DNA of 64,000 bases from Octopus sinensis (taxonomy: Eukaryota), in assembly GCF_006345805.1 (NCBI RefSeq), contig NC_043011.1, positions 34,360,464-34,424,463 on the forward strand. The letters are read 5' to 3'. A program made the position numbers and the translations under genes. The notes beneath the pieces were generated by a model. That model ran no database searches. It was not told the origin of the DNA and saw only the letters and a list, made by a program, of their open reading frames with translations. Below, piece by piece: positions 27,102-39,632 of this stretch. Each line of letters opens with the position of its first letter. The first letter of the stretch is position 1.

Positions 27102-27659
27102 GAGTGAGAGAGCAGTTCATGCCATCAAAGTGACACTGGGGTAAAATATACGAAGCCCAATATACCCATCATGACTACCCGTCTGATAAGGGTACACTAG
27201 GCACATGCATCACAACCATGTATGCGCGACATGGTGATCGCATATCAAGATAAACAGCGCACGACCTAGCAAGAGGGGCCCAGTTAGAATTTTCTTCTGG
27301 TCGAGTAACCCATCCCGCTCAAAAGGTCCCTGAATAAGGGTTGTTTAAGGATGTTGAACGATACATCCATGTTTCCAGACGTGAATTATTCAAACCCCAA
27401 AGAATCCCTCTGAACACATGGCTATGATGCTCCCCCCACTACTTTTGCTCGTGATCAGAGATGCACATATCGTCAGCCACTAAGGGACATGCTCAACTGG
27501 TTAAGGTCAAACAACTGACAAGCAAATCTGTGGTATTGAGCAGAATATTTGCTGTAGCACATCTTTTATACCAAGACAAAACAATGTACATGATAACACT
27601 TCCAATCACTTAAGATCAGAAGCCATGAGAGCCACTGCCTGGTACTGCATCAGAGCATT
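27101..27659 (-). mobile_element. ~560-bp interspersed repeat embedded in (TAT)n, probably a retroposon with an (AAT)n tail
   Basis: A non-simple, GC-richer block flanked on both sides by ATT triplet arrays. The family assignment is by recollection only. Confidence 0.5.
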
Positions 27660-28782
27660 TTATTATTATTAATATTATTATTATTGTTATTATTATTATT
27701 ATTATTATTATCATTATTATTAATGTAATGCTAATCGTGATGACAGTAGTAACGATGATAAATTGGATGTAGATAATGATGTAGATGATAATGATGATGC
27801 TTATGGTAGTGATGACTATAGTGACGATGAGTAATTCCATGATATTGGCGATAGGGATTATGTAGAAGATAGTAGTAGTGGTGGCGGCGACGGTGGTGGT
27901 GGTGGTGGTGTGGTGGTGGTGGTGGTGGTGGTAGCAGTGATCGAGATTATATTTCTTTCCTGTCCAGTAGCATGCTTACGCACGCGCACTCACACACACA
28001 TACACACACACACGCACATACACACACACGCACATACACACTTCTGCTAACAGAAACATTTTTGAGAGATTATTGAACAGTAATACAAAACCGCACTACT
28101 TTCTACCCTCACCAATACCCTCATTGCACCTCATCAATATCTCCAGAATCCAAAAATAGAGAGAAAAAAAAAAAAAAAAAAAAAAAAAAAAACAGCTACA
28201 ATTTATACACACACACACACACACACAAACACAGAGAGAGAAAAGGAGGCGATGATACTGTAATGAAATCTTAACTACAATATATCAACTGCAACATCAC
28301 TGCTACGACCACCACCAAGAACAACGACAACAATATCAACATCAGCAACATTACGTTTGGAACGAAGTATTTTATTCCGATATTGCGAAACATTTAGAAG
28401 ATACTGATATGGACGCGTGCACGCACGTACGCACACACACAGACATAAAATATTCATACAAAAGTACAAGCTCTGGACATATACAAAAAAACATATACCC
28501 CACAACCACACACACTCACACACACACACACATATACGCACATCTAGAGAGGCACCTTCACACATAGGCATATTGGCACATTTATACTTACGCGTACACA
28601 TTTGTATGTATATATATAAATATGCACAGGCAGATATGCAGACTCACTTGCATTACACGCACAGACGCATGCATCAATATATAAACACTCGCACTGAAAC
28701 AACTCAGTTTTAAATATCACTTATCTTTGTCATGTAATTTTATAGATAGATATACAATTGTTGAAACGATGGCACACTGTTG

Positions 28783-28821
<39 letters not shown>

Positions 28822-28934
28822 GAGAGGGAGAGAGAGAGAGACAGACAGACAGACAAAGTTAGTGAGAATGTGGAAAAGAGGGCCAAAAGAGCAAAATAAT
28901 GTATGTATGGGAGGAAGAAAGGAGATATATACAC

Positions 28935-29392
28935 AGAAACACATCCATCCATCCATCCATCCATACATACATACATACATACATACAAGCATACGTACAT
29001 ACATACATACATACATACATACATACAAGCATGCATACATACATGCATACATACAAGCATGCATACATACATACATACAAGCATACATACATACATACAT
29101 ACATACAAGCATGCATACATACATACAAGCATACATACATACATACATAAATACATACATACATACATACATGCGTACATACATACATACATACATACAA
29201 GCATGCATACATACATACAAGCATGCATACATACATACAAGCATGCATACATATATACAGTACATACATACATACATACATACATACAAGCCTGCATGCA
29301 TGCATACATACATACATACAAGTATGCATGCATACATACATACATACATACATACATACATACATACATACATACATACATACATACATACA
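28935..29392. repeat. (TACA)n microsatellite with AGC/ATGC variants
   Basis: Direct reading of the sequence. It produces the spurious YVCM/HTYI ORFs. Confidence 0.97.
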
Positions 29393-29557
29393 TGTTTACA
29401 ATGCCACCGCTATTTTGCTAATTACTGGACGTGTTTAATTGTTACTTTCCATTAATTGCTGGTTATAATAACAAAATGTCTCTATTCAGACAGAGCTTGA
29501 CATCGTGTGTCACATCATTTATAATATTTGTTATTGTTATATTGTTGTTGTTGTTGT

Positions 29558-29591
<34 letters not shown>

Positions 29592-29871
29592 AACGATGGC
29601 GACGAGGACGATGGTAAAGACCAGGAGTGTAAGACAAGCACATGAGACAGATATTTTTCAAAAGGGAAGAGCTCTGTAGCCATTGACTCCTAAACGAAGT
29701 ACGTACTTACCTTCCTCAGCTCAGCTTGTAAAACTTTCATTGAAAGAGAATGAAAGAAAGAGAGAGGGAGGGGAGAGAAAGAGCGAATTTGAAGACCGCC
29801 TCTGCTCTCGTAAATAAAGTCCTTTCTCTCCTCAGCTCATCTCGTTTACCTTCTGATTGATTGAGAGAGAG

Positions 29872-29911
<40 letters not shown>

Positions 29912-30293
29912 CGTTGAGTTTTGGATGGAGCCTAGATTGAAAATGAAGTTGTGATGTCAAGAGTGTTTACCAGGCACTTGAGATTTACAACAGTTTTATT
30001 GTTAGAAAGGCTGACGGAGGAAATGAGTCTGAAGATGAATAAGTATGAACAATATGCGCCTAATAAGGCATTAGGACAAGATGTCTCTCCCCAGACACAA
30101 CATAATATGTGCATACTTCTTTGTGTATTTTGCCTTTTATATACTTCTATTTAATTTATTTTAGCTCTATTCTAGAATATTGAGTAATTTGTTTTAATCT
30201 ATTACGCTGAGACATGTGGTAAAGATGTATTAAGATACACGTGCATTTAACCCCTAGTTTTTAAGCCGATTGAGTATCTTCTATGTATGACAT

Positions 30294-30537
30294 GTGAGGG
30301 CGCGTGGCTTAGTGGTTAGGGCATTCGGCTCATGATCGTAAGGTTGTGAGTTCGATTCCCGGCGACGCGTTGTGTCCTTGAGCAAGACACTTTATTTCAC
30401 GTTGCTCCAGTCCACTCAGCTGGCAAAAATGAGTTGTACTTGTATTTCAATGGGTCAGCCTTGTCACTCTCTGTGTCACGCTGATTATCCCCGAGAACTA
30501 CGTTAAGGGTACACGTGTCTGTGGAATGCTCAGCCAA
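30294..30537 (+). mobile_element. SINE head D with tail 1, 3'-truncated
   Basis: GGCGCGTGGCTTAGTGGTTAG...GAGTTCGATTCCC head, GTGTCCTTGAGCAAGACACTT core, and a tail shared with 1251. Confidence 0.85.
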
Positions 30538-30629
30538 AATGCTTTTTTGGTGGTGGTGGGGTTTCAAATGAATCAAGGGGTACAGTTTGCCAATAACAAA
30601 GAATAACCAAAAACCATATTTGATATGCA

Positions 30630-30837
30630 TATGAACTGAAAAGTTCCTGGCTTTGGTTAAAAGAAAATACAGGAGGATCAGTTAATTATGATTTTATTTA
30701 AATATATTCCCCTCTCAGATTTTTCCCTCCTTCAGTTTTTGTAAGAAGCTCTGTAAAAAAAAACCCCAGGACGGTTGGGCCTCCAAACAGGCCTTTCGCG
30801 ATACCCTTAAAACCAGGAACTATTCAGCACACCCTCG

Positions 30838-30839
<2 letters not shown>
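30630..30839 (-). mobile_element. Mariner-derived MITE with a degraded left TIR
   Basis: The right end reads TACGAGGGTGTGCTGAATAGTTCCTGGTTTT in reverse complement. A partial match, CTGAAAAGTTCCTGGCTTT, lies near 30637. Confidence 0.6.
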
Positions 30840-30908
<69 letters not shown>

Positions 30909-30909
<1 letters not shown>

Positions 30910-31474
30910 TGGGTTGTTCGGAAAGTTCGTGCCGATTTATAGTAGCTTACCTTTCGACTTATTTTGGAACATGGTTGAGTCCATAAAATAGGATTTGACC
31001 ACACCTCCATTTAGAGCATAGTTTAAGCTATCTTTTCGTGGAAGAAGGTTTATGCTCCTATAGCTTGTGTTAATTCTGTAACCCTTTAAAATGGAAGATA
31101 AGTAGGTTCATTTTCGGCACTTTATGATTTGGGAACCAGACAAAAATTGCTGCAGCTTGGCTGGGATGTGTTACTCCACCCTCCATATTCACCAGATATT
31201 GCTCCTTCGGATTTCCACTTATTCGGGTATCTGCAGAATAGTGTTAATGGTAAAAATTTCAATTCCTTGGATGACGTAAAAAGATACCTTGATGAATTCT
31301 TTGCCATGAAACCACCTCAATTCTGGGAAGAGGGTATTTTCAAGTTAGAGGAAAGATGGAGACGCATTGTGCAACAAAATGGTTCCTATTTGGTTAATTA
31401 AAAATGTGATGGCAAGTATTTATTGACTTTTTTCTCGCCTTTAAAAATCGGTACGAACTTTCCGGACAACCCAA
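30909..31474 (+). mobile_element. Internally deleted mariner (566 bp)
   Basis: 30-bp TIRs match 28/30 (TTGGGTTGT(T/C)CGGAAAGTTCGT(G/A)CCGATTT), with TA flanks. The N-terminal MEDK*VHFRHFMI at 31091 is fused to the C-terminal LLHPPYSPDIAPSDFHLF...NGSYLVN. Confidence 0.93.
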
Positions 31475-31648
31475 TATATATATAATTAGTTACAGGATTC
31501 ATTAGACTCTAGGCATATCAACAAGTAGGTCGCCAGCACTCGCTGGATACCATAGCACTGAGTTTATGGTAATATATAGCAACCATTGGGTGTTGTTTGT
31601 TGGTAGTATACTGCAAGTATGTGTTTATGAGAGACATACCGCACCCAA

Positions 31649-31686
<38 letters not shown>

Positions 31687-31704
31687 ACACACACACACAC
31701 ACAC

Positions 31705-31757
<53 letters not shown>

Positions 31758-33004
31758 TGTATATAAACTTCATATATTTTCTCCTTATTCGAGTTTCACG
31801 CAACTAGGATCATCAAGTGAAACTATTTTTTCTTATGTGTATACTTCACAACTCAAAGAGTTCGTATTTTTTGCCGTATGCTTATCATTCTCACTGGTTG
31901 CTTTCTAAATAACATTGCAAGACCAAATCAGCCAACGAGAACGATGATTGTTGATAGAAAAATAACGAGCCAAAATATTCAGCTTAAAGAGATAACATAC
32001 ACGGATGACTATTCTTTTCTTCTTTCGTTAAAACTCGATATCGCTTATTTGCATAGCGTCGTTTGTTGAATTAACTATTATTTACATTTCGTGTAGAATC
32101 TCTTACTTTTTACCTTTTATTTGTTTCAATCATTTGACTACAGACATGAAGGGACACCACCTTGAAGGGTTTAGTGGAACAACTACTATTGTACTTATTT
32201 TTACAGGTCTTGCACTTATTTTATTGATTCTCTTGTACCGAACCGCTAGATTACGATGATGTAGACAAACGTATGAGGGTTTACTTCACAGGTGACCTAA
32301 ACGATTAGGTACACTAGGTATGTGCTGTAACGGATTACTAGGGTGTCAAGGATATCCCATACTCGGAGATATCCCAGAAACAGCTGTAAGAATTTGAGTT
32401 TTTTACAATAGTAATATTGTATACGTCTTGAGATATCTGCCTTGCCTTAAAGTTTGTTGTCCTCTTTAACAAGTGGTGGAGGGGTACGAATTCACACACA
32501 CACACACACACACACGACAGGTTAACAAATTCACTCTCAAAGCATTGGTCAGCCCGGGCTATAGTAGAAAATACTTGCCCGAGGTGCCACGCAGCGGGAC
32601 TGAACCCGAAACCACGTGGTTTCAAAGTGACCTTCATAACCCTACTGTCACACCTGATTTTATGTGGATAGCGATAGATGACCAAGTTTTCATATAGTCT
32701 CAGTAATAAAGTATTTTGTCAGTGTTGTTCTCCTAGGAATTATATAAGTGAAGAAGAAGAAAAGGACATTTTAAATCTTCCTCTACATCCCGTGTACACA
32801 TGGTATCCTTTCGTTCTGCTTTATCAAACATTGATATCTATATGATAAAATCGTTTAACTAATCTCATATCACGTTTCCAGTTCCCTTTGATATACTCAA
32901 ATTACCGAAACTTATCCGGATTCATATGTCCTGAGAATGAATTTTGCATATTTGGAATTACTCGCTGTTAAAAAGACAAGTCATGCGAATTAAGATCACT
33001 TTAA

Positions 33005-33217
33005 CACTTTTGTTACCATATTTCTGTCGAAATACTTTGCATTTGTTTTAGTATATTTTGAAAATAATGAAGAATTCAGAAAAACAGTGTTACCGTTATT
33101 AAGCTGGACCCTAATTTTAACGTGAAATTGACGAAAGGTTTGACTTAGATCACTTTGAAAAAATTTAAGTTTATATCGGGAGCAAGAGCAATCTCGAGCA
33201 GATCGTTATCGAAATGG
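33005..33217. mobile_element. Degenerate piggyBac-type (TTAA) MITE
   Basis: TTAA flanks at 33001-04 and 33218-21. Weak TIRs CACTTTTGTTACC vs CCATTTCGATAAC. Confidence 0.45.
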
Positions 33218-33344
33218 TTAATTGGATCGACAATGGGCGAATGGAAATAACAAAATAGCATTCACTGACAGGCTGATTCAGACGTTTTTTTTTTTATTAT
33301 TTCCAAATTTTATTCGTGAAAAGCATTTTCACCGAATGATTTTG

Positions 33345-33570
33345 TTGTTTGTTCCTTCTCGAGCCACACCTGGCTCATAAGGGCCGGTTTCCTGGTTTCC
33401 TTGGCGAATTAGGTTCTCCCACCTGGACGGGACGCCGGTCCGTCGCAGGTGAGCTGCAAGATGCAGGAGGAAAGAGTGAGAGAAAGTTGTGGCGAAAGAG
33501 TCAGCAGAAGTTCGCCATTACCTTCTGCCGGAACCGCGTGGAGCTTAAGTGTTTCACTCATAAACACACA
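33345..33570 (-). mobile_element. 5'-truncated SINE with a tail-2-like body
   Basis: The reverse complement contains GCGACGGACCGGCGTCCCGTCCAGG...GGAAACCGGCCCTTATGAGCCAGG. Confidence 0.7.
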
Positions 33571-33778
33571 CATGTATGTATGTATGTATGTATGTATGTA
33601 TGTATGTATGTATGTATGTATGTATGTATGTATGTACGTATGTAATGCATCCATGCATCAACGTACATACATCTCTGATGATGAAAAACAACGGCAATCA
33701 AATTTTCTTGTTCGAATCTGCCAGAATATATAAAGTACGAATACGATATACATACATACAAAATTATTATACAAACAT

Positions 33779-33823
<45 letters not shown>

Positions 33824-34339
33824 CTAACCATCGAAATTACGCGTATGTTTGTCGGTACGTGTGTGTGTTTTGTTCGGCTGTAAAGCTTCGTGAATGTCTC
33901 AATGGTTGAAATTTTGGTAAATGCAATTTTCAAATGTATGATATGGGCAATGTATGAATCATTCGGGTCTTAAGTCACTTATGCAACTTTTCAAGGTAAT
34001 AAATGTATACGTCTACACGTGTGTGTATGTCTTTGTGTATGTGTGTGTGTGTGTGTGGTGGTGGTGGTGGTGGTGGTGGTGGTGGTGGTGGTGTGTGTGT
34101 GTGTGTGTATGTGTGCATATATACAAACATTATACATACAACACAGACTTGTGATATGGAGAAAATAACGAGGAAATGCGAAAAGAATCTTGGTTGATTT
34201 CTAGATAAACATGTCTGAAATTTGGTCTTTAAATTAAGTCCGAGAACCTGGTGTGTGTTGAAAAGTCTAGCGTTTCAGAATCTACTGTGAGGTTTGTGTG
34301 TGTGTGTGTGTGTGCGCTACCACACACATACATTAATAT

Positions 34340-34401
<62 letters not shown>

Positions 34402-35049
34402 AATATGCACATTCTTGTAGAGCTTACGTGTGAATTTAGAAATATATATGTGTTTACGTTGGAAAGTATTTGAGCATTGATTTTGATACGCACCAATGTA
34501 CGTATTTGTACATGTTTACAAAAGTAGAATGTATTTGTAAATAGTCGTAAATATTACTGCTATTTTTCTTCCTACAACAGCAGCCAAAATGTCTTAACTA
34601 CTTAAAATGTTATATAACACGACGGTGTTAACAAAAATAAATATAAATTAAAAATAGCACCTTCACTTCACGATAAACGCCATTTTCTTTTTAGTAGATA
34701 CATATACCATTCGACCATTTTATTTTGCTAAGTTATAGAAAGAAGGGCTGATGTATTACAGTCTATGAAATTTAGCTCAATATCTTATTGGTATCAGTTT
34801 TGTGTGTATGTACTTGTATTGAGAGGCGATAGTTGATATTGATACACATAAAAAAAAAAAAAATGTCCCTACGTTCGAAGGGGGTTATTTATTAGAAAAC
34901 AGATGATTAGTAATTGTAAATGGATGAGAGATAAGCTCGTTGTGAGACACGAAGGATCACAAGTATATTACCAAAAACCCGGCACGTATTTCTTGACAGC
35001 TGAATGAACTTTGGCGCACCTAAAACCGACCGAACGAAAAGTATGCATA

Positions 35050-35057
35050 TACGCACG

Positions 35058-35100
<43 letters not shown>

Positions 35101-35363
35101 TTATGTACATATATGTATGTATATATATATGTACGTATGTATATGTATGTATATATATATATGTATGTATGTATGTGTGTATATATATATATAAATATGT
35201 ATATATATATATGTATGTATATATATATAAATATGTATATATATATATATGTATATAATATAAATATGTATGTATATATATATAAATATGTATATTATAT
35301 ATATATTGTATGTATATATATATATGTATGTATATATATATATGTATTATATATATATGTATG

Positions 35364-35430
<67 letters not shown>

Positions 35431-35535
35431 ATATATGTATTATATATATATATGTATGTATATATAATATGTATGTATATATATATATATGATATATAGA
35501 TATGTATATTATATATATATAATATGTATATATAG

Positions 35536-35592
<57 letters not shown>

Positions 35593-35637
35593 ATGTATGT
35601 ATGTATGTATATATATATGTATATATATATATATATG
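35050..35637. repeat. (CA)n then long degenerate (TA)n/(TATG) array
   Basis: Direct reading of the sequence. Confidence 0.95.
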
Positions 35638-35641
35638 AAAG

Positions 35642-36228
35642 CACAAATGTCGTATAAAATTTACGGCAGCTGTTTCGATAGAATTACATTTATTTAATAA
35701 ATCATATTAAATGTAGTATCAAGAACCGTCAGGTAAAATTTTAAACAGGTAAGATTTTAAACACTGACTTGGCCACAGCTAACATTAGCTGGACTAATGA
35801 CTCATTTAAGTTTTATATTGCAATATACAAAATAATTAGGTGTGGCTTAAAACAGGCAAATAAGAAACAGAGAGATCGTATAGATATATAAGTTGAATTC
35901 ACTTATCTAGATTATTGTGTTGTTTAGCAATGACGCCGAATAATTTAAGAATCAACTGAGATAGCGTGGCCTTGACTTCTAATTAAAAAGTCATTAAAAG
36001 TGAAATTAGAATGAATATTTGCATGATCTCTTTGTTTCTTATTTGCCTGTTTTAAGTCACACCCAATTCTATATATTCGAATGTAAAATTTAATCATAAG
36101 TCTGAGTCGATGTTTAAAATCTTACTTTATGTTGGTAAATTATATATTATGAAGTAATATTTTATTACTGCATTAAAAAAATAAAATTCTACCGAAACAG
36201 CTGTCGGAAATTTTAAACGTCATTTGTG
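35642..36228. mobile_element. Long-TIR fold-back element (arms about 240-260 bp)
   Basis: The outer arm CACAAATGTCGTATAAAATTTTACGGCAGCTGTTTCGATAGAATT and the inner arm GGTGTGGCTTAAAACAGGCAAATAAGAAAC both recur in reverse complement. Confidence 0.85.
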
Positions 36229-37649
36229 TTTACTTTTTATACCCATGTCACACCAAGGATCCACCCCTGAATTGTATTTATGGTATTTGGATTTGGTACT
36301 TGCATTACCTACAGTATCCTACAAACACTTAATGTCTTCAATGTAGTTTATTTCATTGTGATCTCTATTTTACCGTACCTAGCCATTTCTGGCGTCCTAC
36401 GAGTTGATGTGCCTTGATTCTTATGAATCCATACGAAAAAAAATTGTGTGTGTGTACACGTGTGTTTTTGTGTTTGTGATTTTCCCACTTCGGTTGACAA
36501 CCAGTGTTGGTTTGTTTACATTGCCGTAACTTAGCTGTTCGGCAAAAAAAGAACCGATAGAATAAGTATGTTTTTTTTTCTTTTACTTGCTTCAGTCAGC
36601 AAACTGCGGCCATGCTAGGGGTACTGCCTTGAAGAATTTTAGTTGATGCATTCGACTCCAGCACTTTAAAAAAAATTTAAAGCTTCGTACTTATGCTATC
36701 GGCCTGTCTTGCCAAACAGCTAAGTTACTGGAGCGTAAACACACCAACACCGGTTGTCAAGCAGTAGTGAGGATCAAATACACACACGGCAGTTATAAGA
36801 AATGGAGTCAATTTGTTCGTCTAAAACCCTACAAGGAGGTGCCCCAGCATGGCCAGAGTGCAATGGCTGAAATAAATAAAAGCTATAACCACACAACACC
36901 ACAACTGGTGTCATTCTTTAGTAAATTCTCTGTCTGTCTGTCTGTCTGTCTGTCTCATACTTCATTTCAACTTGCGATTTATCCGTCAGGAGAAAATAGA
37001 GGGAAAAAAATACATTGCGCAATAAACGTTCTTCATTGAAAGCTCTGCATTCTTTCTCGAACGGTAAACCACCCACTGTTACAATCAAACAGTAAAATAA
37101 GTACATTCTCCCAAAACCTGTTTACCCGTAACTAATGTACTTAAAGTAATACAAACGCAATTAAAAATTCTTAACCAGCTTGCTGGATTCTTGTGAAAAG
37201 CCTAATGCTCATATCCATCAACTCGTAGATCACAAAGTATTGACGCATTAATGCTTTCCATTTCTGATCTAACTCATCCATGCATGCATGCATCCATCCA
37301 TCCATCCATCCATCCATCCATCCATCCAGCCAGCCAGCCAGCCAGCCAGCCATCCATCCATCCATTACTTGTTTCAGTTATTGGATTGCAGTCATACTGG
37401 GGCAGAGCTTTGAAAGGTTTTAGTCGAACAAATCGACTGCAGTAATTACCCTGACGGTTCTCTTTTGCCCAACGACCAAGTTACTAGGACGTAAATAAAC
37501 CAACTTTGGTTTCCAAGTGGTCGAGAGGCACAAACGAATACAGAAAGCTTTGGTCAGCCCGGCACTATTGTAAAAGACACTTACCCAAAGTGCCACGCAG
37601 TTGAACTGAACTCGAACCATGTGGTTGGGAAGCAAGCTTTATGCATTTG

Positions 37650-38987
37650 GAACATCCAATACTGAATTCCACCTTCAATCCAATATGTAATTCATCTGAT
37701 TCCGTCGATGATTTGAGAGCTGAAATCTTTTCGAATCTTCTTCTTAATTACAATAATACAGATTGGATCCGTGAGCGAGCTATCCTGTTGCTGTAAATAA
37801 ACTGAATAAACCTTCGGGAGAAGTATTCACTTATAACACAATTGACAGTCTTATTGATGATCAGTATAATGTTAACTGTGGAGGCGCAATGGCCCAGTGG
37901 TTAGGGCAGCGGACTCGCGGTCGTAGGATCGCGGTTTCGATTCCCAGACCGGGCGTTGTGAGTGTTTATTGAGCGAAAACACCTAAGAGCTCCACGAGGC
38001 TCCGGTAGGGGATGGTGATCCCTGCTGTACTCTTTCACCACAACTTTCTCTCACTCTTTCTTCTGTTGGCCTGCTCGCTTAGCCAGCGGGGTGGCGTCAT
38101 TCGAAGGCTAAAACAATGCGAATGCATTGTGACCAGCGATGTGTAACACCATCTGATGGTCTGGTCGGTCACGTGATCACGTGATAATGTTAACTACACC
38201 ATAATTTACTAGAACCACCAGGTACAGCTCCTCATTGTCTTCAGCTGAAAAAATGGACTCCTATTATGTTATTGCGTAATTTGTCTCAACCAAAATTATG
38301 CAATGGTACAAGACAAATTGTGCATAAATTTATGGGGAACTGCATTGAGGCAAATATTCTCACTGGTTGTGGTAAAGGTGAGACTGTCTTCATTCCTCGC
38401 ATACCAGTTATACCATCGAATGTCCCATTCCAATTTAAGCGGTTACAGTTTCCTATACAAATTACTTTTGCTATGATCATTAATAAAATTCAGGGCCAAA
38501 CACTAACAGTTGCTGGATTGCAGCTTGAAAAACTACGCTTTTCACATGGCTAACTTTAAGTAGGAGCACCACGTGTGGGAGTAAAAGCAAATCTCTTTGC
38601 TTATGCACCCCAAAATAAAACAAAAAAACATTGCTTACAAAGAAATATTGACTCTTAATGCAACACGAATTGTTCAATAACTTAATTTGCCATTACTATG
38701 ATTACATTCAAGAATGAGTAAATTACATATTTAAATGAAGTGAATTATATAATTGCCATTAGTGTATTGATAAATAAAATATCACATACAACTCACTTAT
38801 TATTGTCATGTAATAAACAAACAGAAGTTCGTGTATGTACCCGATCTTTTTTCTACTTCAATTATTATGTTTTTCTCTTCTAAAATATACAGATACAGGA
38901 GGAATAAATTATATATACAATACTTTGAATGTAGCTCCAAGAAAGAGTAAAAGTAATTACCCGATCAACGACGGGTATTACTGCTAT
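37650..38987 (+). mobile_element. Helitron relic: PIF1-like helicase C-terminus and 3' end
   Basis: Segments [51 protein letters not shown] and [29 protein letters not shown] terminal hairpin ACCCGATCAACGACGGGT followed by ACTGCTA lies at ~38959-38986. Confidence 0.88.
37878..38183 (+). mobile_element. SINE head A with tail 3, inserted in the Helitron helicase, 12-bp TSD
   Basis: ATAATGTTAACT at 37866-77 and 38184-95. The tail ends GTCACGTGATCACGTG. Confidence 0.9.
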
Positions 38988-39170
38988 GGCTGTGTAGTAA
39001 GTAGTTTGCTTACAAACCACATGGTTCCGGGTTCAGTCCCACTGCGTGGCACCTTGGGCAAGTGTCTTCTACTATAGCCTCGAGCCGACCAAAGCCTTGT
39101 GAGTGGATTTGGTAGACGGAAACTGAAAGAAGCCCGTCGTATGTATGTATATATACATATATATATATAT

Positions 39171-39375
39171 TATTATTGAATGGAAGAAATGGAGTTGAAC
39201 GAAGATTGTACAGAATTCCTTTTATTACATTCTACACATGTTTCAAAGGCCACAAATTTCCAAATTCAGATTAAATCTGAATTTGGAAATTTGTGGCCTT
39301 TGAAACATGTGTAGAATGTAATAAAAGGAATTCTGTACAATCTTCGTTCAACTCCATTTCTTCCATTCAATAATA
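39171..39375. repeat. Perfect palindrome with 102-bp arms and a 1-nt loop
   Basis: 39171-39272 is the exact reverse complement of 39274-39375. Confidence 0.97.
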
Positions 39376-39599
39376 TATTAAACTTCAATTATCCGCACCA
39401 ACGCACGGTTGCAACACCAAATGGTCTTATCTCCAACCGTGTATTTTCTGCTGTGATTTTTGCTACCCAGGTATCGGTTAAACTTTTGAATAATCTGTAA
39501 CAAGAAAATTCATCTTTCTATTTCAACAAACACACATATATATATATATATTATATATATATATATTTGTGTGTGTATATACATACATACATACATACA

Positions 39600-39632
<33 letters not shown>

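Noticed and set aside
28717-29455. Long ORFs of 170-245 aa (also at 8865-9384, 23110-23811, 34907-35644 and 50506-51194)
   Set aside because: These are translations of microsatellites (YVCM, IYIY, HHH, TTT) with no protein-like complexity.
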